From Octopus bimaculoides (taxonomy: Eukaryota): a stretch of DNA of 64,000 nt. The notes under the pieces were generated by a model. The model did no database searches. It saw nothing but the letters and a program-made list of their open reading frames with translations, and was not told the DNA's origin. The position numbers were made by a program, and so were the translations under genes. Positions 54,101 through 64,000 of the stretch are shown here, one piece after another. Numbering within the stretch: the stretch's first letter is position 1; each line of letters begins with the position of its first letter. The stretch is from assembly GCF_001194135.2 (NCBI RefSeq), contig NC_068981.1:189149283-189213282 (forward strand), written 5' to 3'.

Positions 54101-55092
54101 GCTTGCAAAAACCTTTGAGCTATGCAGACGAGAAACAAAATATGTAAGATGATGTCAAGGAATGAAAACAAAGAGAAAAGATATTATATTACCATATATA
54201 GGTTGTTTAATGATCATATAATATTTTAGGAAAGAAAACTTCTTTTCAGCTAGAAGAAACACTTTGAAGGAGTGTCTTAACTGGCAAGCCATACAAATAG
54301 GCTGCAGAGGGAAATGTTACCCAAAATATTCTTAACTCCTCACCTGCATTGCTTGAACAATTTTTTGCAAATATTCATCTAATTTACTAATTAAAATAGG
54401 GATATGAAACAAAATCCTCAGGACATCTGTAAAATGCAATATATAAGCAGAGGAAATGCAAGGCTTCATTGTTGTTCATTCAGAGGAGCAGTAGACTCTC
54501 AGACATACTGACAGAGAACTAGTCATTTGATGCACTGCTTTTTTAGTGACATCAATAGACAGCTGCTAGCTGTGGTGGTGGTGTGCTCTAATTTCAATGA
54601 AATTGTGGTGGTGACTGTAGTTAATGTTAAACTGAAAGAATAATTTCTATGAATTGTTATTTCTATTGGGATCAAAAGGTTTTGTTCACTGTGGAAAGAA
54701 TCATATGAAGGAGTATGATGTAGGATTGAAGGAAAATGCTGCAGAGAAATGACGTAGTATGATGAGCTGAATTTAGTTTGCCAGCTTGCATAGAAATCAG
54801 GGAATGAGGTGAGAGAACAGCTGAACACAGCTGATATAGAGTGCAGAAGCAGCTGCAACATTAAGGCGAAATAACATAAAAGTATGACCCCCACCCCGAC
54901 CTCCAGCTTGGTAAAGAATTATGATGTACCGATAGTGAAATGTCTTTGGGAGAGAGAGAGAGCATAGAAAATAAGAAAAAAGTGATGAGGTTAAATCTCA
55001 AGACGATAGTCTGTATTAATGAGGAGATAAATAGCAAAATGTACAGTGCAGATAGAAATAAGATACGCCAATATGGAAAAAATGGATGTTTA

Positions 55093-55124
<32 letters not shown>

Positions 55125-55505
55125 TCATTATTATTATTACCATCATTATCAGTGAAATATTTTTAAATGCTGGAAAAGTTCAGATATTTATCAACAAAAT
55201 AGATATTAGAAAAGAATATTTTTCAAATGAACCAGATGACATGTTAATAGAATACTTTCTGTTCAATAATTAATAGTAAAAGAGATTATTGCTATCCTTT
55301 CATCTGAACATTGTAAAATGGGGAAAATGACAGAAATAGTGACTACATTAAAAGATGCTGAGAATTCTCCAAAAGAGAGTCCTCAATGAAAATTGTATTG
55401 AACTAAAAGAAAAGTATAAGTATTCTAAGTATAAATAAATATTTTTACATTTATTAATTTGTTTTACAAGATTCCTGATTTGAAATTGTGTGTTGAAACA
55501 CATAC

Positions 55506-55886
55506 TATTGTATTTCAGGATGGTCTTTTCTTTTTTTTGCCAAATAAACACAACACTATATTTTTTTCTTCACTAGTTTATTACTGTTCTTATTTTATTA
55601 TTTTAACTCATGTCCATTGTCTGGAAATCTTATGTCACACATCTGTGACCTCTTTAGTGACACTTTTCGTTTTCATGTGTGTTCTTGCTCCACTTACTCC
55701 ATACACATGGAAACGAAAAGTGTCGCTGAAGAGGTCACATATGTGTGATAAAAGATTTTCAGACAATGGACAGGAGTTAAAAATAATAAAATAAGAACAG
55801 TAATAAATAAGTAAAGAAAAAATATATAGTGCGGATGTTTATTTGGCAAAAGAGAGAAAAAAAATGACAATCCCAAAATACAACAA
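55506..55886. repeat. Long imperfect foldback palindrome (~175-185-bp arms, 22-nt loop)
   Basis: Left arm 55506-55680 and right arm 55703-55886 are reverse complements, e.g. GCCAAATAAACA/TGTTTATTTGGC, CCATTGTCTG/CAGACAATGG, CACTTTTCGTTT/AAACGAAAAGTG. Loop 55681-55702. Confidence 0.92.
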
Positions 55887-55949
55887 TAAAGGAAAAAATA
55901 GCATAGATGTCTTGCAAACAACTTGCACATGCAAGTGCTACCAGTCGAG

Positions 55950-57332
55950 AACTCCGCATACCAGAAGGAGAGAATGTGTGCTGTTTCAGGGCCTACCTTT
56001 TGGTGGCATCAATGCGCACCAGAAGAGTAAAAATATTTAATCAGAGTTATATAGAAGTAGGCACTGTTCCTATCACTTCCAAAGGTTCTCTGAGTCAAGT
56101 GATTTTGATATACTTAACTTGTCAATCTCACTGGATTCACATGAACACCTGTAACTTAATAACTGTAGGAAAAACAAGGGCACAGAGGAAATTCCAGATG
56201 GTCAATGTTCTGGGGGAAGAAGGACTGGGTGTTGTGCTGTAAAGAAGAATGACAATGAGTTTGGAAAATCTGAGTCTGGAACACCTGAGGAGGAGGGATG
56301 AGACCAACCATTTTTTAAGAACAAAGGACATTGTAGTAACAATAGAAAAGGCAAAGAGGAAACAATACATATGGGCCAGAGGAGGGAATGTGTTGGTGAG
56401 TGGCCTTTTCTTGGGTGTGGTTGTCTACTCCTTATGCAGAGTTTGACCACCTCCTGTACTTACACCTTAGATCCATCATGGCATCTAATGTGGCTTTTTG
56501 AACTAAAGAATGCATTGAAAAGACACACACATAAATTGCTTATCTGATCTGGACCACCAAGAGCTGCAGTTAAGTTCTGATCTTTGTGGATCTTAAAATG
56601 TCTCTTGAGGCCTTCGTTAGATTTGCAGACCTTATGGTATACATAGCATTGAAATGTGTACACAGATATACAGGCAGAGTATTTGGTGGAGGTTCATTTT
56701 TCATGGGTCCGGAAATGAGATTTGAGCTCAGCAAAAGAAAGACATGGTCTGTCACCAACTGTGCACATAAAAAGGTTACTGAGATTCACCTTCTTGATCA
56801 CAACATATTTCTTTAAATTTCCCAAGTCTTGCATGTGTCATCCTGGCCTCCTCAAAAGCTTTCACTCCAACACATACTTTTGTTCACCATCCAGCTCGAT
56901 CCACAGCAAAGGTTTCTATGGCCGTTGGATCAATTCCAAGTGACTTCATGGTAGTCCTTATACCATTCTTAAACCTCTTTTTAGATTTACACTGATCGCA
57001 TCTCCCCTCTGCAAGCTCACCATAAAACAGATGTTTGGGGTCCGCCATTTGAACAATATGGCTGGATCATCTCCTCTGATTTTTCAGAAACATTGATTTA
57101 ATTGAAGTGATGCCTGCAGATGCAAAGACATCTGTGTCTGGAGTAAAAAAAAAGCCCCATTTAATGGTTAAAATATGGCGAAGGCCTTTTTGGTGACACC
57201 GTTCTAGCAATTTGAAATGTCTTTCATAACATGACTATGTTTCAGAAGAATACCACACGGATGGAAAGACAAACGATTTGTAAAGACCCAAGTGTGTGTG
57301 TATGTGTGTGTGTGTGTATGTGTTTGTGTGTG

Positions 57333-57372
<40 letters not shown>

Positions 57373-57990
57373 TGAACGTCACCATCTTAAATGTAGGAGC
57401 AGTGCTACATTATGTCTCTTCTGAGATTTATAAAAGATTAACAGTTGTTGGGGAATTTGAGTATTCTTTGGCCAATCTTTGTGATGCTGTCTTTGCTATG
57501 CTCAGAATGTATATATCTGCAGAAGAAATCCTCAGTGATGGTGAGGCCTATCATGTGTTCTGGCAGCATGCTATCCATGTACAAAGATGGTGGAAATGGT
57601 AGTTGTTTTGATGTTTTTTTTTATAGTAAGTGTATGTATGTATGTATGTCGGTGTTTTCAAGATGTTTATTTTTGTATTCAGTGCAGGTTTGGAGTAAGT
57701 TATCTAATTAGTCTCGGAAGCTTGAGAGCAGACGGTTAAGGAGTAATGAGGCTGATATCTACATGATCATGGTTGGAAATGGTTGCATGTAAACCATGAA
57801 GAAAGCAGGAGATAAAACTAAGCATTGGGGTACACCAGTATTGACAGAGTGTAGGTCAGAGTGAGCTCCATCAGCACACACTGTGATGGAACAATCTGAC
57901 AGGAAGCCATTGATACAAGAAACAGCTGGTGCCCCAAGATGGGGCATATTTGCTGGGAGGCTCATGTGCCAGACACACTTTTCACCAAAT
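55950..57990 (-). mobile_element. L2/CR1-type LINE relic interrupted by a microsatellite and an RTE insertion
   Basis: 5' part: INGFLSDCSITVCADGAHSDLHSVNTGVPQCLVLSP (57759-57965) and MIGLTITEDF. It resumes after 56450 with PLTNTFPPLAH and LTIWNFLCALVFPTV. Confidence 0.75.
56455..57235 (-). mobile_element. RTE/BovB-like LINE 3' end with terminal C2H2-like finger
   Basis: STAIETFAVDRAGW*TKVCVGVKAFEEARMTHARL, and FQCYVYHKVCKSNEGLKRHFKIHK (ORF 56460-56663). Confidence 0.75.
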
Positions 57991-60084
57991 TTCTTATGAG
58001 AGGGAATCTACTGATCAGTGACTGTTTGCATCATTTTTGAAATGTTAGAAGTGATGATAATTGAACCTAATGAAGTTAAAAACACAGTTTTGGGGATTTA
58101 GTTAGGATGTGTTGTGTGGAGTTAGACACATAACAATCAGTAAATATGGAGGATTTCTCTGTGAGAATGGCTCCTCAAACTATTATGGCTGAGAAGTGTA
58201 GAAGTTACTTAAATAGCAACTTTCATGACCAATGTATTGTTGTTACTTATTGTATAGGTTTTAGAATAATGGATGCAAAGTCAACTTTGGCAGGATTTGA
58301 AAGTGGAAATATATTATATTTCACATCATTAAACTTTAGATCACAGCCAAAACAGTGATATAACAACACAAAAAAAAAATCAACAAAATATCTTGTAAAG
58401 CAGATCAACTTGAAAATCAATGAAAATAAGAGTTGTCTATGTTATTCTATAACATATTGTAGTGAAGGCACGTGGTTTAGTGGTTAGGGTATTCAGCTCA
58501 CAATCATAAGGTTGTGAGTTTGATTCCTGCCTGTGCATTGTGTCCCTGAGCAAGAAACTATTTCACATTGCTCTAGTCTACTCATCTGGCAAAAACCAGC
58601 CCTGTCACAAACAGCAGAGTGCCAGTTACAAGATACTGTTGTAAGTGTTGTGTTTAGTGTAAGCCTTTATGTTTGACTTAGTTTCTAATACAGCCACATT
58701 GTATTTCAAAATACCAAAACTGAAAAGGTTTTCATAGATATATATTTTAAAGTAACAATTCTTCCAAAGAATTTATAACATCATTTTTTGAGAAGTGCTA
58801 TTCCTCAAAGTATATGATTAAAACACTGTAATATATAGAAGAGCTAAAACAGAGAATAATAGGAATGCAGAATGAGAAAAAAATTTGTAAAATATGGAAG
58901 GAAAGTTGCTATTTTACTTTCATAAATCAAGTTTAAACCCTAGAGATTGAACTTCTGCAACTGTTCAATGTTTTATGTAATGTGAATCACATGTTTCACA
59001 TACAGAAATCTCCATAGAAACAAAAGCGTAATTTCACTGCAAGTGTTTCAAGTATATGACTGAATATAATAATGGTTGAATCTTAAAAATAATGATAGTA
59101 ATGCAAGTAGATCTACACATGAAACTAAAACTAAAACAAAAATGAGCTGGATAACTTTTTTTTCACTCATGAACTTAATTCATTGACAGGGTTCCATTAG
59201 TTGCTTCAACAGATAAGCATTAGATATAGTAGTTACTGCTTCACCAAATATTTATCTTGATACTATCTCACAAAGAGACATAGATTGCTGTTGCATAAAC
59301 TAATCAGCACTGCTTAAGAAGACTAATGATATGGAGGTAGCTAACTGAAAACTTGGGAGCAACCTGTAGATTAAGAAATCTGGTTTATACAAGTATCAGA
59401 TGATATCTGAAGAATCATTTGTAGTAAAAATTCAATATTTCAGAAATGTTGTAACAGATCATTTTATTTATATACTAGCAGTAATACCCATCGTTGATCA
59501 GGAAATTACTTTAACTCTTTCTCAGGAGTCACATTCGAAGTGTTATTATATATAGAGATTTACTCCTCCTGTATGTGTGTATTTTATAAGAAAAAAACAT
59601 GTAACAATTGAAGTAGAAAAAAGAGCAATTTCATACACGAACTTGTATTTGTTTATTATATGACAGACAATAATAAGTGAAATATCAATACAGTAATGGC
59701 AATTATATAATACACAAGGCTTTGGTCGGCAAAGAGTTGTAATGAAAGAGAATTGCCCCAAGTGCTGCACAGTGGGACTGAACCCAAGCTGACATGGTTG
59801 GAAAGCAAGTTTTTCAAGCACAGAACCATGCCTATAAAGGAGAGACGCATTTTGGATAATATACTCTTTGATACAATATGCTTAACAAAAAGATGCGATG
59901 TTTACAGCAAGAAGACCTTTGATTTTAATATTTGTTTGAGCAACGCAACATTGCCACACCATACAAAGTGTTCCAGAATTAATTATCTGTTTCAATGAAA
60001 TTGAGCAATTTTTTTTTTTTTTTTAAGTGACAGAATTATATGTTTATTACCAAAACAAATAGATTTATAAATCTTATGTCAAAC

Positions 60085-60400
60085 TTTTATTGCAAATTTT
60101 CAATATCTGTATCCCTGCATACTTCAAATCTCTTCTTAGTGTTGTGAAACACATTTTGAAGCATTTCAGGAGTTAGGTCCTGCACTTCTAACTGAATGTG
60201 CTTTTTAAGCTCGATTGCTCTATCTTGGGGATGGAGGTAAAGAAAATGATTGTTGCTAAATTGAAAAGTCAAATTAACCTCATAGCATTTTTGTTTCTAC
60301 CAATTTCAATGCCACCTTCATTTCCATTGTTAACTGCATTGTTTCTCTGAGATATTTCATTACTATAAAGTTGCTGATGCACCAGATTCTTGTTCCTCAT
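60085..60400 (-). mobile_element. Decayed Tc1/mariner transposase C-terminus
   Basis: AIELKKHIQLEVQDLTPEMLQNVFHNTKKRFEVCRDTDIENLQ* resembles the conserved EL+..I......I...M...V..N...R...C....G.H.E tail. Confidence 0.55.
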
Positions 60401-63400
60401 TTAGAAAATGTATGCAGAAACTTCTCTTTCCCAGAAGGCCTTTGCTTACAATGTAAAACACTTCCCTTCACATTGCATATGAGCTTAAAGTAATTCTACC
60501 TTTAATCCAATAACTACAATATTTCCTTATGCAGCATACCACCAGTTTCTTTTGATATTGCTTTTACATGTATAAATATAAACAGATAAAATAAGCTGAA
60601 ATATCTAGAGTTTTAAATCATTGCTTTATAATTTAATTTCTACTAGGTTAAAAACTTAGATCGCTTTCAAAGGAGATGATTAAAATCTCCTAATAAGACT
60701 TCCATATCATTATCTTTTTACCTTCTCAGAGTAGAAGTCTTGCGTTCTTCATATGCACATTTTCTTTGCAATTTAAAACACCTATAGAAACAAGATCTTC
60801 ATACTCGTAAATCTATGATATAAATTTTTATAACTGAGCTGATATGGTTATCTTTATCGCAATGTGGAATATCTTTTTATATACTTCCTATAAAAGAAAG
60901 CTTACTTCTCAGAAAAAAGAAAAAGAATTTTGTTACATTGCATATAATATCATATAGCTTGGTACACAATTTCACACAAAATTATGGTTTCGAATAGAAA
61001 GACTAAAATAAAAATACAGACTTGCTTTGTCTAAAACTACAATTCAATATTAATGATTGATATGATGGCAAAACAACCCCCCCCCCCAAAAAAAAACAGA
61101 TTGTGATGATGTTCAACATGTCTAAAAATATAAAATTTACTAATTAGGATCAGAGGAAAAATGTATGTTGGATCGTAATAAATATTATAGAAGGATTTTG
61201 TGTGGCAATCTTTTATCTCCAAATTCAATGCTTTGAAATATCAATGAATAAATTGAATCTGTTGAAGATAAATGACATCAGAATGTGTATTTATGTAAGT
61301 ATATGTGTATATACATGTATGTATGCTGGTGTGTGTGCAAATACCAATGCATGGATATACATACACATATACATGGGCACACATGCATATATATGCATGT
61401 GCATGCATGTATATACACACATGCACACAAATATATAAGATATTAACAAAAGTGGAGTACAAATAATTTTTTTTCAGTTGACTACTATGACAGCACAAAA
61501 GAAATATCTTAACACATGAAAATATGCTGCATCATAGAATACACAATGATTCCTTCATATTTCTTATCTATAAAGAAAAAGAATCAAAAATATCTGAAGG
61601 GAAGCTCTCCTGCACAAATTTGACTACAAAGAAATAACAATCTTTGATTATTTTCATATGTGTAATAATATTCAACACATTTAAGTTCCATTTAGACATA
61701 TTTCTTGAGTACATAAATATACTGCATTCATTGATTGCGAGATAAAACATTCTTGGAGATATAATGCTATATTATTATTAACTTAAAACTTATCAGTCAC
61801 CAAAGCCCAAATCATAAGAAAACTAAACAGTGAGTCAGTATTTATTAGCAATTTGCATCTTTTCATTCACTCAGTTCATCAGTAATAATTTGATTCTCTG
61901 ACAGAAAATTATTTATCTTCCCTACTGATTTCAATTGATAGCTTTACTCTCGAGTGAATGTCAGTAATGTTCAGAAAAGATAGTTTCATTGTACTAAAAG
62001 TTTAGTTTCTTGTCTGTGAGAAGATTCAGTGCCAAACTCATTAGTTAGTTTATTCAGAAAGAAAGTCAAAACACAGCTGCATATTTATTTAAATCAAAGT
62101 AGTAGATAAATCTGAGGTTAATTATAAAGGATGAACATAATGTTCAATAGATTCGAAAGCAATTAGTTTTTGTTGCCTTCTCCTTCATTCATTCATCAAA
62201 TATCTACCAACATCAAAATAAATGGTTGAATACATGTCAGCTGGGAACCATGTAATGAACTACTACTGACGTAAGTTATTGACTTGTATAGCATATACAT
62301 CTCTTAAGGAATATAATTGCCAACTAACTTAACAATAAGCACAAATACCTAAGTGTTCCAACCAATATCTAATCAAATAAATTATGCCCTGTTTCAGAAA
62401 TGTGATAATCACTGGAAATATGAGAAATTGGCATTGAAACCATTATAGGGAATTTTTTTTATTGAGTGAAATAACATGCTAACTTAACAAATACATTTTG
62501 CATCAAATAGAAAACTACTTATTATTATTTCAGAAAAAAAAAATGTAAAAGTCTTCACTTGTAAAGAAATTGATGTTGGCCAATTGGTTAAAATGTTTGT
62601 ATTGCTATCACAAGATTCCTGGTTCAATTCTACCCTGCTACACTGTAGAAGCTTGTTTGTCCTCCCCTTCTCCACTCAGACAACTGGGTCCCACTTCTTA
62701 TAGACATACCCTCTCATTCTAACCAACATCACCCCACCCATCATCACATAAACCTGTATTATCTGTCTCCCACTCTTCCCCAATCTCTTGCAATCTTTAA
62801 ATACCACCGCCACCTCTTCATCTTCCTATCACTCAATCCTGCCATCATTCTTCTATCTTCCAAATCATTCTGCTGCTGCCATGGAAGCAAAACCTTTTAC
62901 GAAAAATCATTTCATATCACCATTTCTGTATTACCAGTCACGACACCCTCCCCCTTGAGCTACTTCCATTTAACATCTGTCCATTCTTACCATCCTTCTG
63001 CTCATATTTACTATCAATGATCCATGTTCACCATTCACGACATTCACCTCCTGTATACACCTGACTACCTCCATACCATATTTATAATAATCTCTCACTC
63101 TTACATGCTTGCAACCTTACCTACTCCTGCTGATTCTCCTATTATTTATGCTCCCTTCCAGTCACCATTTTGAATATGTTTCCATGTGGGTGTATTCTGG
63201 CAACTAATGACCAACATATTTACCTCTTTCTGTGACACCACTGCAACCAAACCAACCTACCCATGTAAAACCCTAAGTAGCCATGAAACTCCCCCACAAC
63301 AAACCTGTCCCTACTCCTACCATTATGCACCTCACATAAAGTACATTTTCACATCATTCTCCTTTACAAGCAAGGAGGCTCTTTAGTCTAGTGAGTTACA

Positions 63401-63773
63401 AGGCAACTTTAAAAAATATCTCAGTATACTCTAAAAAGTGGTTGGCATTAGGAAGAGCATCTACATATCGAAACTGTGCCAAAAATGAGACATTGGAGCA
63501 AGATATGGTCCTCCAAACTTTTGGTTCCTGTCTAACTGATCAAACCATGCTAGCATGGAAAGCAGATGTAAAAATGATTTTTAAGATACATATATATATA
63601 GATATATATATAAACTCAGTGAATTATATAATGCATTTAACATTTGTTATATATTCCATACTAGAATATTCAAAATCTATTATTTAAATCATAATTTGCT
63701 GCTGACAAAGAAAAAAAGGAACATACTACAGTATGGTAAGTAAACAATGTATGTATGTATCAAGAGAGAGAGG

Positions 63774-63807
<34 letters not shown>

Positions 63808-63810
<3 letters not shown>

Positions 63811-64000
63811 CTCCAGGCAATCACAGAGGAGTTCAAGACAGGTTACCCCTGGGAGCTCCTCTATGCTGATGACCTTGCCCTAATTGCGGAGTCACTATCA
63901 GAACTAGAGGAGAAGTTTCAGGTGTGGAAGCAAGGTCTAGAATTGAAGGGCCTTAGAGTCAACCTAGCTAAAACCAAAATCCTAATAAGTAGGAAGGGAG
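63808..64000 (+). mobile_element. RTE LINE reverse transcriptase, 5'-truncated, open to window edge
   Basis: VLQAITEEFKTGYPWELL-YADD-LALIAESLSELEEKFQVWKQGLELKGLRVNLAKTKILISRKG, with YADD at 63862-63873. It starts immediately after a (TA)n tract. Confidence 0.95.

Overview
AT-rich eukaryotic genomic DNA with assembly gaps, dominated by repeats. The SINE/LINE repertoire and (TA)n/(CA)n/(GA)n microsatellites look like an Octopus (coleoid cephalopod) genome; this is inferred from memory of those repeats, not from a search. No intact, identifiable protein-coding gene is visible. Most of the supplied ORFs derive from microsatellites, SINEs or decayed transposons. Supported content: several tRNA-derived SINE families, four insertions with exact target-site duplications (TSDs); RTE, L2/CR1-type and R4/Dong-type LINE fragments, including one RTE copy open to the window edge with a YADD motif; two maT/DD37D Tc1-mariner relics; and a piggyBac 3' end. 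There is also a probable decayed LRR/Toll-like receptor pseudogene and a few low-confidence candidate exons whose phases do not yet chain into one gene. The most interesting signals are: two Penelope-type minimal hammerhead-ribozyme motifs about 0.8 kb apart, one inside a 190-bp mini-element with a 14-bp TSD; a ~380-460 bp foldback palindrome; and a SINE dimer that appears to have inserted as one unit. Repeat boundaries are read by eye and are approximate unless a TSD or splice site is quoted.
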